Below, one piece after another: positions 45,528-55,150 of a stretch of 64,000 nucleotides of DNA. Origin of the DNA: Dehalococcoidia bacterium. Its GTDB lineage: Bacteria; Chloroflexota; Dehalococcoidia; Lucifugimonadales; UBA2985. Every line of letters begins with the position of its first letter. Position 1 is the stretch's first letter. Below the pieces are notes generated by a model, which was not told where the DNA came from, did no database searches, and was given only the letters and a program-made list of their open reading frames with translations. Location of the stretch: the NCBI GenBank assembly GCA_965247535.1, contig OZ252018.1, positions 1,013,046-1,077,045 on the forward strand, given 5' to 3'. A program made the translations under genes and the position numbers.

Positions 45528-46946
45528 ATGCCGGTTCTCAAGGAGCAGTTGGACGCAGCCTTCAGTCCGAAAGTCGTCGCCGTGGTCGGGGCCAGGAAAT
45601 TCGACAACTACGTCTGGCTCCGCAACATGAGCGACTTCAAGGGCACGCTCTACTCCGTGCAAATAAACCCGGACGATATCGTAGGCATCGAGGAGATGGG
45701 CATACCCAACTTCAAGAGCCTCGTGGAGATCCCGGAGCCGGTCGACTACGTGGTAGTTGCCGTGCCCCGTCGTGCAGTGCCATTCGTGCTCAAGGACGCC
45801 GTGGAGAAGGGCGTCAAGACTATGCACATGTTCACCTCCGGCTTCGCCGAGTCCGGCAACGAAGATGCCGTGCAGATGCAGCAGCAGATAGCGGAGACCG
45901 CCCGCGAGGCCGGCATACTGGTCATTGGGCCCAACTGCATGGGCGTGTTCAATCCTCACGTAGGCATGCGATTCGGCGAGGGGCAGCAGGTCGACTACAT
46001 AGGCGGCGTGAGCGTCATATCGCAGAGCGGCGCCCACGCGTCGGCCATGACCCAGGGCCTGCAGGCCAGCGGCGTGGGGGTCAACATGACCGTCAGCTTC
46101 GGCAACGCCATCCTGCTGGACAGCCCGGACCTGCTCCAGTACTTCGCGGACGATCCGGCCACCAACGTCATCTGCGCGTACATCGAGGGGCCCAAGGACG
46201 GCCAGCGTTTCTTCCGGGCGCTGCGCGACGTAGCGACGAAGAAGCCGGTAGTGCTGTGGAAGGGCGGACAGACCGACGCGGGCCGCAGGAGCGCGGCCTC
46301 GCACACGGGCTCTCTGGCGGGCTCAATCGAGATATGGAACGCGGGCGCGCGCCAGGCCGGCGCCATTCGCGCCGATTCGCTCCAGGAAGTCATCGACGTG
46401 GCAAAGATGCTCACGTACATGGGGCCCGTGACCGGCGACCGCGTTGGCATCATCGGAGGCAGCGGCGGGCAGTCGGTATCGATGAGCGACGAGTTCTCGT
46501 GGGCCGGACTGGGAGTTCCGACGCTGTCGGAGCCCACCCTGGAGAGCATGGCCGAGTTCTTCCAGCTCGTGGGCGCCAGCTACTTCAACCCGGTGGACAT
46601 CGGAGGCATCAACAGGAGCAACCTGGAGACCATCCTGGACCTCCTCACGGGCGACCCAAACGTGGACGTGGTGGCCTTGATGCGGAGCGTACAGCGCGGT
46701 CGAAGGAGCGCCGAGGACATCGCGTCCGAGCTGAAGCAGTACGGCGAGGCGCGGGACAAGTCCGGTAAGCCGATGATGGCCATGTTCTGGACGCCGGTCC
46801 CATACCCCGAGAGCGGCCCGATGGAGGAGACGGACAGCATTCTGCGCGACCTGGGCATCCCGACCTTCCCATCGCCGTCCAGGGCGGCCCGGGCCCTGCG
46901 CAAGGTTGTGGACTACCACCGCTACCAATCGGGCATGGACGGGTAG
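45528..46946 (+). CDS. CoA-binding, ADP-forming acyl-CoA synthetase alpha-type protein (succinyl-CoA-synthetase-like fold)
   Basis: Start at ATG 45528 (GGAGGTG upstream). FSPKVVAVVGA (CoA-binding Rossmann), GPNCMGV, SQSGA and GHTGSLAG-like (ASHTGSLAGS) phosphohistidine loop. Confidence 0.8.
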   Translation: MPVLKEQLDAAFSPKVVAVVGARKFDNYVWLRNMSDFKGTLYSVQINPDDIVGIEEMGIPNFKSLVEIPEPVDYVVVAVPRRAVPFVLKDAVEKGVKTMHMFTSGFAESGNEDAVQMQQQIAETAREAGILVIGPNCMGVFNPHVGMRFGEGQQVDYIGGVSVISQSGAHASAMTQGLQASGVGVNMTVSFGNAILLDSPDLLQYFADDPATNVICAYIEGPKDGQRFFRALRDVATKKPVVLWKGGQTDAGRRSAASHTGSLAGSIEIWNAGARQAGAIRADSLQEVIDVAKMLTYMGPVTGDRVGIIGGSGGQSVSMSDEFSWAGLGVPTLSEPTLESMAEFFQLVGASYFNPVDIGGINRSNLETILDLLTGDPNVDVVALMRSVQRGRRSAEDIASELKQYGEARDKSGKPMMAMFWTPVPYPESGPMEETDSILRDLGIPTFPSPSRAARALRKVVDYHRYQSGMDG

Positions 46947-46949
46947 CGC

Positions 46950-47290
46950 TCACTTTTCTCGTCACCCCCGCGAAAGCGGGGCCCACCCCCCCCGGTGGAT
47001 TCCTGCCTTCGCAGGAATGGGAAAGGCACGGACGGCCTCAACCCGCTCATGGTGAGCCCGTCGAACCATTTGAGCGAGCGCCGTGACAAGTAACCGCAGC
47101 CCGCTCACGCCCTTCGACGGGCTCAGAGCCTGCCCCGCACACCGATGTGGGGGTGAGCGGACGGAGATCACTCTCGTCACCCCGGCGAAAGGTTGCCCGG
47201 TTCTCCTATGGAGATTCGGCGGCAACTTCTGGTAATATAGGCGGGCAGGCTGCGGCGGGCATCAAGCGCATCCCGCCGGGCCGGGCGAAA
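46950..47290. repeat. Mosaic of short GC-rich palindromic repeat units in one intergenic spacer
   Basis: Units: GTCACCCCCGCGAAAGCGGGG (CCCCGC-GAAA-GCGGGG hairpin, 46962-), ATTCCTGC-CTTC-GCAGGAAT (about 46999-), CTCATGGTGAGCCCGTCGAACCAT (47047-), the 62-nt family-B unit (47101-47162), and a degenerate GTCACCCCGGCGAAAGG (about 47176-). Confidence 0.75.
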
Positions 47291-47303
47291 GGGCCACCTC
47301 AGC

Positions 47304-47750
47304 ATGAAACTTCTGGTCATAAACGGACCCAATCTCAACATGCTCGGACACAGGGACCGGGACGTCTACGGAACCATGACCCTGTCCGACATCGAGGAGA
47401 TGGTGCGCCATCGCGCCAAGGAGTTGGGCGCGGAGGTCGAGTTCTTCCAGTCCAACAGCGAAGGCGCCATCATCGACGTCCTGCAGGCGCGCTACGCGTC
47501 GGTGAACGGCATCGTCATCAACCCGGGCGCGCTCACGCACTACGGCCTGTCGCTGCGGGAGGCCCTGGTTGACACGGGCCTGCCCGTGGTTGAGGTGCAC
47601 ATCTCCAACATATACGCGAGGGAGCGGTGGAGGCATCGCTCAGTGGTGGCCCCGGTTTCCGTGGGCCAGATAAGCGGCCTCGGATGGCGCGGCTACCTGG
47701 CCGCTCTCGACTTTCTGGCCGCCAGCTTCAACGAAAGGGCAGTGGAATGA
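47304..47750 (+). CDS. aroQ: 3-dehydroquinate dehydratase, type II
   Basis: MKLLVINGPNLNMLGHRDRDVYG ... EVHISNIYARE are AroQ signatures. Confidence 0.92.
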   Translation: MKLLVINGPNLNMLGHRDRDVYGTMTLSDIEEMVRHRAKELGAEVEFFQSNSEGAIIDVLQARYASVNGIVINPGALTHYGLSLREALVDTGLPVVEVHISNIYARERWRHRSVVAPVSVGQISGLGWRGYLAALDFLAASFNERAVE

Positions 47751-48823
47751 CTTCGCGACTTGACGCAATCAGGGCTCGTTTCGAGAGCAGCGAAATCGAC
47801 GGCATACTGATCGGTTCAGACGAGAACAGGAGATACGTGTCCGGCTTCAGCGGCACGGCTGGCAACCTCATCATTACCGCCGCCGCCGCCGTGCTCGCAA
47901 CCGACTTCCGCTACATCGAGCAGGCCGGCCAGCAGGCGCCCGAATTCCGCGTGCTCCGGGTCGCCGGGGGCGGCTCGGACTGGCTCACCAACCTCCTGCA
48001 GGAGCTCGAGGTACGTCGTCTCGGATTTGAGAGCCAGCACATGACGGTGGCCACGCACGAGAGGCTCTCCAAGGCACTGGCCGAGGCCGGAAACGGCGAC
48101 GGTGCAAGCCTGGTGCCCACGGTCGGGCTGGTCGAAGAGCTGCGCTCCGTGAAGGACGAGGCGGAAATGGAGCTGCTCGCCCGCGCCATCGAGATTTCGG
48201 ACAGGGCGTTCGAAGAGGTATCCCGGACGCTCAGGGACGGGCAGACGGAGCGTGAGGTGGCGTGGATGCTGGAGAGGACAATGCGAGAGCTGGGCGCCGA
48301 CTCCGTGTCGTTCGATACCATAGTTGCGGCAGGCCCCAACGCCGCTTTGCCGCACCATCGCGCCGACGATACGCCCCTCCGCGAGGGGCAGCCGCTCATC
48401 ATCGACATGGGCGCGCGCTACCAGGGCTACTGCAGCGACCTCAGCCGGACCCTATGCCTCGGCCGGGAGGACGACACCTTCCGCGAGGTGTACACCACGG
48501 TGCTAAGGGCGCAGCAGACCGCCATTGAGGGCGTGCGCAGCGGCATGACGGCAGGCGAGGCGGACGGTCTTGCGCGGGCGGTCATCGAGGAGGCGGGCTA
48601 CGGCGACAAGTTCGGGCACAGCCTGGGGCACGGCGTGGGCCTCGAAATCCACGAGCGGCCCGGCGTCGGGCCTAACTCCCCAGTGGTCCTGGAGGACGGC
48701 ATGCCCTTCACAATCGAGCCGGGGATCTACATCTCCGGCTGGGGTGGCGTCCGAATAGAGGACGTGGTGGTCCTGGAGCAGGGAATGGCGCGCGTGATCA
48801 GCCATGCGCCCAAGATAGACTAG
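47747..48823 (+). CDS. pepP: Xaa-Pro aminopeptidase/dipeptidase (M24B family)
   Basis: Start at ATG 47747 overlapping the aroQ stop (ATGA). Creatinase-like N domain plus M24 metal ligands (DMGARYQGYCSD, HSLGHGVGLEIHE, EPGIY). aroQ-pepP-efp synteny as in Firmicutes. Confidence 0.88.
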   Translation: MTSRLDAIRARFESSEIDGILIGSDENRRYVSGFSGTAGNLIITAAAAVLATDFRYIEQAGQQAPEFRVLRVAGGGSDWLTNLLQELEVRRLGFESQHMTVATHERLSKALAEAGNGDGASLVPTVGLVEELRSVKDEAEMELLARAIEISDRAFEEVSRTLRDGQTEREVAWMLERTMRELGADSVSFDTIVAAGPNAALPHHRADDTPLREGQPLIIDMGARYQGYCSDLSRTLCLGREDDTFREVYTTVLRAQQTAIEGVRSGMTAGEADGLARAVIEEAGYGDKFGHSLGHGVGLEIHERPGVGPNSPVVLEDGMPFTIEPGIYISGWGGVRIEDVVVLEQGMARVISHAPKID

Positions 48824-48838
48824 GTCTGGAGCGTTTAG

Positions 48839-49402
48839 ATGACGATTAGCTACAGCGATCTGAGGCGGGGCACGGTGATTGTGCTGGACGACGAACCCTG
48901 GCAGGTCACGGAGTGGAAGCACACCAAGATGCAGCAGCGGGCCCCGGTTCTCACACTCAAGCTGAAGAACCTCAGGAGCGGCCGCGCCATGGAGCGCAAC
49001 GTGCCCGGCAACCAGAAGCTAACCCTGGCGGAGGTGGACACTCGCCAGGCGCAGTACCTCTACAGCGACGGTGACCTCTACCACTTCATGGACATGACAA
49101 CCTTCGACCAGTACCCTCTCACGAACGACGTGGTGGGGAATGCCCTCCAGTACATGAAGGAACAGGACGTGATGGACCTCGTCTTCTATCGCGACGATCC
49201 CATTTCGCTGGAGCTTCCCACCTACGTGGAGCTGCAGGTGGCCAACACGCCTCCCTCACTGAAGGGCAACACGGCCCAAGGGAGCACTAAGCCGGCCACG
49301 CTGGAGACCGGCCTCACGGTCAACGTGCCGTTCTTCGTGAACGTGGGCGAAACCGTGCGAGTGGACACGCGGAACGGGGAGTACCTGGAAAGGGTGGGCT
49401 AG
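48839..49402 (+). CDS. efp: Translation elongation factor P
   Basis: 187 aa. ...EWKHTKMQQRAPVLTLKLKNL... and the KPATLETG loop are typical of EF-P. Confidence 0.92.
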   Translation: MTISYSDLRRGTVIVLDDEPWQVTEWKHTKMQQRAPVLTLKLKNLRSGRAMERNVPGNQKLTLAEVDTRQAQYLYSDGDLYHFMDMTTFDQYPLTNDVVGNALQYMKEQDVMDLVFYRDDPISLELPTYVELQVANTPPSLKGNTAQGSTKPATLETGLTVNVPFFVNVGETVRVDTRNGEYLERVG

Positions 49403-49405
49403 ACC

Positions 49406-50596
49406 TTGCCGGTCTACTCAGTAGGCCAGGTCACACGTTACCTAAAGGAGTCGCTCGAGGCGGATGCAGTCCTGGGCGACCTGTGGGTGCGCGGCGAGGT
49501 CTCCAACCTTTTCAATTCGGCGGCCGGCCACTACTACTTCACGCTAAAGGACGGCGCAGGCCAGCTCAAGTGCGTCATGTTCCGTCCCGCCACCGGCGGC
49601 GAGAACCTCAGCGACGGTGGCGCAGTCATTACCCACGGCCGCGTCTCCCTGTACGAGGTGCGTGGAGACCTCCAGCTGTACGTGGACATGGTGCAGCCGG
49701 AGGGCGTGGGGGAGCGTCACCTGGAGCTAGAGCGGCTTAAGGCCAGGCTTGAGGCGGAGGGGCTGTTCCATCCATCCCGAAAGAGACCGATGCCCCCGTT
49801 CCCGCGCAGGATCGCCGTGGTAACCTCACCGTTCGGCTCCGTCTGGCACGACATCCAGAACGTTGTCGGCCGTCGGTACCCACTGGCGGAACTTGCGCTC
49901 GCGCCTTCTCCCGTGCAGGGCGAAGGAGCCGCCGCCGCCATCGCGGAGGCGCTGGAGGCCGCGGACCGGGAAGCGGACGTGGACGTGGTAATCGTTGCCA
50001 GGGGCGGGGGCTCCCTTGAGGAGCTGTGGCCCTTCAATGAGGAGGTGGTAGCCCGCGCGATCTACGCCAGCCGTGCGCCCGTCATCAGCGCCGTGGGTCA
50101 CGAGACGGATTACACCGTCGCAGACTTGGTGGCGGACGCGAGGGCGCCCACGCCATCGGCCGCCGCGGAGATGGTGGTGCCGGACAGGACCGAGCTGGTC
50201 GTTCGAGTTCAGGCTCAAGTGAACGTGCTGTCGCAGAGGCTGGGCGACGTCATGGAGACGCGCGTGCGCGATATGGAGCAGTCGGTTTGGCGACTGAACC
50301 GCGGTGCACCGGACGCGACCACCTGGCGGCAGCGCCTCGATGACCTGTCGGTCGCGTCCAGCCGGTCGTTGCAGGCCTACCTGGCCGTGCGCGGCGAACG
50401 CGTCAAGGGGCTGGAGTTCCGGCTGGGCACGCTCAGCCCTGCCAACGTGCTATCGCGGGGATATGCCATGGTGCAGCGGCAGGACACCGGCGAAACCGTC
50501 ACGTCCGTCGCTCAGGTGGCCGCCGGCGACGACGTGCAGGTCAGAGTGAGGGACGGCGAGTTCGCCGCGAGGACGCTTGCCGACGGGCGAGGATAG
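49406..50596 (+). CDS. xseA: Exodeoxyribonuclease VII large subunit
   Basis: VYSVGQVTRYLKESLE...LWVRGEVSN (OB fold N-terminus), GRGGGSLEELW. 396 aa. TTG start. Confidence 0.9.
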   Translation: MPVYSVGQVTRYLKESLEADAVLGDLWVRGEVSNLFNSAAGHYYFTLKDGAGQLKCVMFRPATGGENLSDGGAVITHGRVSLYEVRGDLQLYVDMVQPEGVGERHLELERLKARLEAEGLFHPSRKRPMPPFPRRIAVVTSPFGSVWHDIQNVVGRRYPLAELALAPSPVQGEGAAAAIAEALEAADREADVDVVIVARGGGSLEELWPFNEEVVARAIYASRAPVISAVGHETDYTVADLVADARAPTPSAAAEMVVPDRTELVVRVQAQVNVLSQRLGDVMETRVRDMEQSVWRLNRGAPDATTWRQRLDDLSVASSRSLQAYLAVRGERVKGLEFRLGTLSPANVLSRGYAMVQRQDTGETVTSVAQVAAGDDVQVRVRDGEFAARTLADGRG

Positions 50597-50632
50597 TTCG
50601 ACGGCACTGCTCTGGGGTTGAGAGGCAGGCAA

Positions 50633-50890
50633 ATGAGCAACGAAAAGCCCGGCGAGGCGCAATCATTCGAGGACGCATACAATCGTCTGGAAGACACGGT
50701 CCGCAGGCTGGAGGAGGGTGGCCTTTCCCTGTCGGACGCCACGCGCCTCTTCGAAGAGGGTATGCACCTGGCGCGCATCTGCAACGAGCTGCTGACGTCG
50801 GCTGAATTGCGCATCACGAGACTCCAAACGGCATACGGCGAGCAGATGCGGTTGCTAGCCGACGCTCAGGAGGAGAGCGTTGAGGATTGA
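50633..50890 (+). CDS. xseB: Exodeoxyribonuclease VII small subunit
   Basis: SFEDAYNRLEDTVRRLEEGGLSLSDATRLFEEGMHLARICNELL is the XseB helical hairpin. I prefer the ATG at 50633. Confidence 0.9.
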   Translation: MSNEKPGEAQSFEDAYNRLEDTVRRLEEGGLSLSDATRLFEEGMHLARICNELLTSAELRITRLQTAYGEQMRLLADAQEESVED

Positions 50891-51545
50891 CCTCCACGTC
50901 CACAGCCGCTTCTCGGCCGACTCGTTCATGGGACTGGAGACGCTGGCGCGGCGGTGCGTGGAGACCGGCCTGGACTGCATTGCGCTGACCGACCACAACA
51001 CTATCGAAGGGGCGCTGGAGCTCCAACGACTCGCCTCGTTCCCGGTCATCGTCGGAGAGGAGATCAAGAGCGCCGGCGGCGAGATCATCGGTCTGTTCCT
51101 GCACGAGGAGATACCGCGCGGACTGCCGCCCCTGGAGACTGTTCGGCTCATCAAGGAGCAGGGCGGAATCGTGTCGGTGCCGCATCCCTTCGACCACTTC
51201 CGCCGGTCCGTCATCGAGCGGGAGGCGCTTCTCGAGATCCTCCCGCACGTGGACATCATCGAGGCGTTCAACGCCCGAAACACGCTTCAGCGGGACAACA
51301 GGGCGGCCGAATCGCTCGCGCGGGAGCACGGCGTCCTGACCTCGTCCGTGACCGACTCCCACACGCCCGTGGAGGTGGGCCGATGCTACGTGGACGTGCC
51401 CGCCTTCGAAATGACGCCCGCAGGACTGCTTGAAGGGCTTGCCCGCGGAGCACAGACGAGGCGGCAGATGCTGCCCCTCATTCACTTCGCCACAACGCTC
51501 ACCAAGACGCGCAAGAGGCTCGCAGGCCTGATGCAGCGCGCATGA
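50880..51545 (+). CDS. PHP-domain metal-dependent phosphoesterase
   Basis: MRIDLHVHSRFSADS ... LTDHNTIEG ... VPHPFD are PHP motifs. Confidence 0.8.
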   Translation: MRIDLHVHSRFSADSFMGLETLARRCVETGLDCIALTDHNTIEGALELQRLASFPVIVGEEIKSAGGEIIGLFLHEEIPRGLPPLETVRLIKEQGGIVSVPHPFDHFRRSVIEREALLEILPHVDIIEAFNARNTLQRDNRAAESLAREHGVLTSSVTDSHTPVEVGRCYVDVPAFEMTPAGLLEGLARGAQTRRQMLPLIHFATTLTKTRKRLAGLMQRA

Positions 51546-52363
51546 GGCGACGCAAGGCGATGCTGAAGCTGGGTTGGTTTTCGACGGGGCGAGGTGAGGG
51601 CTCACTGGGGCTGCTCCGGACCGTGCAGGATGCAATCGCGAGCGGGGAGCTTCCGGCCCGGATGGAGTTCGTATTCAGCAACCGCGAACCGGGAGAGGCC
51701 GAGGGCAGCGACCTCTTCCAGCGTCAGGTGAGGGATTCCGGCATTCCCCTGGTCACGCTGTCCTCTCAGCGATTCCGCAGGGAACAGGGCGGAGGCCCCT
51801 TCTCGCGGCATCGCAAGCAGTTCGACAGGGAGGTCATGCGCCTCCTGGAGCCGTACCGACCCGACGTGTGCGTGCTGGCCGGCTACATGCTCATCACTGC
51901 CGGGGAGCTGTGCAACCGCTACACCATGCTCAACCTGCATCCGGCGCTGCCCGGCGGGCCCGTGGGCACCTGGCAGGAAGTGATATGGAGCCTCATCGCG
52001 GAGGGCGCAAAGGAGGCAGGCATTTACATGCATCTTGCCACCGAGAACCTGGACAGGGGCCCGGTGCTGACGTACTGCTCGTTCCCCGTACGAGGCGGGG
52101 AGTTCGACGACCTGTGGAGGCAGGTCGAGGGTCGCAGCGTTGAGGAGCTAAGGGCCTCCGAGGGCGAGGAGCAGCCGCTATTCCGGCTCATCCGCGAGGA
52201 AGGCGTAAAGCGGGAACGTCCACTGGTGCTCGAAACGCTGAAGGCGTTTGCCAGTGGCCGGGTGCGCGTAGTGGAGAGGCAGGTGGTGGACGGCGAGGGC
52301 AATTCGATCGATGGTCTCTGCCTCAACGATGCGATTGAGAAGGCGGTCCGGGACGCCGGCTGA
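51542..52363 (+). CDS. Formyltransferase-domain protein (PurN-like)
   Basis: LAGYMLI and LNLHPALPGGP, which resemble the formyl_trans_N active-site region. The ATG overlaps the PHP stop (ATGA). Atypical insertions leave the exact substrate unclear. Confidence 0.65.
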   Translation: MRRRKAMLKLGWFSTGRGEGSLGLLRTVQDAIASGELPARMEFVFSNREPGEAEGSDLFQRQVRDSGIPLVTLSSQRFRREQGGGPFSRHRKQFDREVMRLLEPYRPDVCVLAGYMLITAGELCNRYTMLNLHPALPGGPVGTWQEVIWSLIAEGAKEAGIYMHLATENLDRGPVLTYCSFPVRGGEFDDLWRQVEGRSVEELRASEGEEQPLFRLIREEGVKRERPLVLETLKAFASGRVRVVERQVVDGEGNSIDGLCLNDAIEKAVRDAG

Positions 52364-52509
52364 CGGTCCGGAGGAAGAGGTTTGGGTCTCACGGCGCTCA
52401 CCTCCATTCAGTCAGGCCTCCGGGACCTGTGCGGAGTTCCCGGAGGTTCATTCACCCACTAGTTGTTGTACCATATCCAAACACTCTGTACACTTGACGA
52501 GCAATTTGC

Positions 52510-53079
52510 ATGGGACGATTGGCGAACGCAGCTCTGCTATTGTTTGGCTTTCTGATTCTCCTGACCACGGGCCTACTCGTGGTGTTCAACATTTTTCGCT
52601 ACGATTGGGATCAGCCTCCACGCACCACAGACGTGGGATACACAGGCCGGATAGCTGCCGAGTTGCCTATGACTCGGCCGTCCTTCCACAACGTAGCCAG
52701 GTATTCGGACACTGTGGTCTTGGGCGAGATCACGGCGAAGAGCGACGAAGTCACGCCCTGGCCCGTCCGCTTGCTCGAGACAATGAACCTGAGCGTTCTG
52801 GATACCTTCAAGGGAAATGCACCTTCTGGCCTAGTCATCAAGGCGAGAAAGCCTACTAGTGGCGGAGTCGGGTACAGCGGAGACGGCGACCTGGAACTCA
52901 TGGTATTTGAGGTCGGCCAGAAGTACGTCCTGTTCCTGATTGAGCGCGAGGGACACTACGTGGTACAAGGCTATTCCAGCGGAATGTGGAGCGTGGACGG
53001 CGGCATTGCCACCTTAGTAAAGACTGGCGGGGCCATACCGCTCTACAGCCTACGTGAGAAGGTGGCCGACTATAGATAG
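52510..53079 (+). CDS. Hypothetical membrane-anchored protein, lower GC than its neighbours
   Basis: 189 aa, N-terminal TM (AALLLFGFLILLTTGLLVVF), no family recognised. Hand counts give about 50% GC, against about 67% in a sample of lhr. Confidence 0.5.
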   Translation: MGRLANAALLLFGFLILLTTGLLVVFNIFRYDWDQPPRTTDVGYTGRIAAELPMTRPSFHNVARYSDTVVLGEITAKSDEVTPWPVRLLETMNLSVLDTFKGNAPSGLVIKARKPTSGGVGYSGDGDLELMVFEVGQKYVLFLIEREGHYVVQGYSSGMWSVDGGIATLVKTGGAIPLYSLREKVADYR

Positions 53080-53192
53080 ACTACCCCACGGCGCTCTACT
53101 CCATCAACCTGTTGGCGGTCACGCTCCTCGCATGGAGGAATGGTTGAGTCACTGTTGGACAGGAGGATTCATGACAATCGATTCTGGTAAGG

Positions 53193-53810
53193 TTGAGATT
53201 CGCAGGCGGCGTAGATTTCTTTAGGTTGGAGGTGGAGTTGAACGAGCCAGAACTGCCCATCGTTGACCTGCTGCCGGACAACGCCTCCGCCGTCGAGCAG
53301 TGCGCCACGCTGCTGTACGAGGTGTTCATGGAGCACCATCCGGCGACATGGCCGGATATGGCGTCGGCCAGGACTGAGGTGGAGGAGTTCTTTGCGGAGG
53401 GTCGCATAAGCCGTATAGCCGTGCACGGAGACGGCACGGTCATTGGCTGGGTGGGGGCAATACGGGCGTACGATGGATTCGCGTGGGAGCTGCATCCGCT
53501 GGTAGTGAGGCCGGAGCAGCAGAGGCGAGGCCTTGGCCGTCGACTGGTCACCGACATCGAGGCCAGGGTTCGGGAGCAGGGCGGCGTCACGATTTGGCTT
53601 GGCACCGACGACGAGGACAACCAGACGTCGCTGGGCGGGATAGAGTTGTACGACGACGTCCTCGGCCACCTGGCGCGCATCCGCAACCTTAACGACCACC
53701 CCTACGAGTTCTATCGCAAGGTCGGCTTCACGATCGTAGGAGTGCTGCCGGACGCCAACGGCTTCGGCAAGCCGGACATCTTCATGGCAAAGCGGATTAG
53801 ACCGGCGTAG
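53193..53810 (+). CDS. GNAT N-acetyltransferase resembling aminoglycoside 6'-N-acetyltransferase AAC(6')-I
   Basis: WELHPLVVRPEQQRRGLGRRLV (acetyl-CoA Q/RxxGxG/A motif), GTDDE, and the C-terminal HPYEFYRKVGFTIVGVLPDANGFGKPDIFMAKRI parallel AAC(6')-I enzymes as I remember them. The real start is probably TTG 53238 or GTG 53232. Confidence 0.7.
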   Translation: MRFAGGVDFFRLEVELNEPELPIVDLLPDNASAVEQCATLLYEVFMEHHPATWPDMASARTEVEEFFAEGRISRIAVHGDGTVIGWVGAIRAYDGFAWELHPLVVRPEQQRRGLGRRLVTDIEARVREQGGVTIWLGTDDEDNQTSLGGIELYDDVLGHLARIRNLNDHPYEFYRKVGFTIVGVLPDANGFGKPDIFMAKRIRPA

Positions 53811-53821
53811 GGAGCGGGCGT

Positions 53822-55120
53822 CTACGCCGTCTTCTGGGTGGGGGCGGTCACCGGCGCGCCGGTTTCGGACTGCAGCAGCGGGGGCTTGCCTTCCCGGATC
53901 GTGTCGGCGTCTATGGTGCAGTGGCTCACGCCCGTCATGGACGGCAGCTCGTACATCACGTCCAGCAGCGCCTGCTCGATGATCGACCGCAGCCCGCGGG
54001 CGCCCGTCTTCATCTGAATCGCGTCCTCCGAAGCGGCCTCCAGCGCCGTGTCAGTGAAGACTAGCTCCACGTTGTCCAGCTCGAAAAGCCGCTGGTACTG
54101 CTTTACGATCGCGTTCTTCGGCTCCGTGAGGATCCGAACGAGCGAGGCCTTGTCCAGCGATTCCAGGCTTACCACCAGGGGCAGGCGCCCAACGAACTCC
54201 GGTATGAACCCGTACGCCAGCAGGTCCTCCGGTATGAGGTGTTGCAGCTCGTTGTCGTGGGTGGCGTCCCTCTCGGAGGCGGCGCTGGAGCGGAATCCGA
54301 TGCCCTGGCGCTCGCGTGACCTCCGTCCGGCCACGATCTGGTCCAGCCCCTCGAAGGCGCCGCCGCAGATGAAGAGGATGTCGTCGGTGCGGATCTGGAT
54401 GAGCTCCTGGTGCGGGTGCTTTCGCCCCCCCTGCGGAGGTACGTTTGCCGTGCACCCCTCGATTATCTTGAGCAGGGCCTGCTGCACGCCCTCGCCGGAG
54501 ACGTCACGAGTGATGGAGGGATTGGCGCTCTTGCGACCGAGCTTGTCCACCTCGTCGATGTAAACGATTCCGTGCTCGGCCCGGGGGATGTCGAAGTCGG
54601 CGGCCTGGATCAGACGCAGCAGGATGTTCTCCACGTCCTCGCCCACGTATCCGGCCTCGGTGAGCGAGGTAGCGTCTGCGATGCAGAACGGAACGTCCAG
54701 CACGCGCGCAAGGGTCTGGGCCAGAAGGGTCTTGCCGCAGCCCGTGGGCCCGGCGAGCAGGATGTTGGTCTTCTCCAGCTCCACGTCCTCGTCCGTTTCG
54801 GCCTCTGACCAGATGCGCTTGTAGTGGTTGTAGACCGCCACGGACAGTACCTTCTTGGCGCGCTCCTGGCCGATCACGTACTCGTCGAGCTTCTGCGAGA
54901 GCGTTCTGGGGTTCAGGCTCTGGGGACGCTTGATGGGTGGGGGCGCGGCGGGCGGAGCGGGTGGAGGCGCCTCGCTGGCGATGGTGTGCTGCCACAGGGC
55001 GATGCACTTGTCGCAGATGAAGGTGCGACCGGGGCCCCTGATGAGCCGCCTGACCTGGCTCTGGCTCTTCCCGCAGAAGGAGCAGGATATGGTGGAGTGG
55101 GTATCGATTGGGTCTGGCAT
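53822..55120 (-). CDS. clpX: ATP-dependent Clp protease ATP-binding subunit ClpX
   Basis: N-terminal zinc finger CSFCGK...CDKC, Walker [22 protein letters not shown]. Confidence 0.95.
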   Translation of the reverse strand: MPDPIDTHSTISCSFCGKSQSQVRRLIRGPGRTFICDKCIALWQHTIASEAPPPAPPAAPPPIKRPQSLNPRTLSQKLDEYVIGQERAKKVLSVAVYNHYKRIWSEAETDEDVELEKTNILLAGPTGCGKTLLAQTLARVLDVPFCIADATSLTEAGYVGEDVENILLRLIQAADFDIPRAEHGIVYIDEVDKLGRKSANPSITRDVSGEGVQQALLKIIEGCTANVPPQGGRKHPHQELIQIRTDDILFICGGAFEGLDQIVAGRRSRERQGIGFRSSAASERDATHDNELQHLIPEDLLAYGFIPEFVGRLPLVVSLESLDKASLVRILTEPKNAIVKQYQRLFELDNVELVFTDTALEAASEDAIQMKTGARGLRSIIEQALLDVMYELPSMTGVSHCTIDADTIREGKPPLLQSETGAPVTAPTQKTA

Positions 55121-55150
55121 GACGCCCTCCGGACGAAGGTAGACTCCGCT

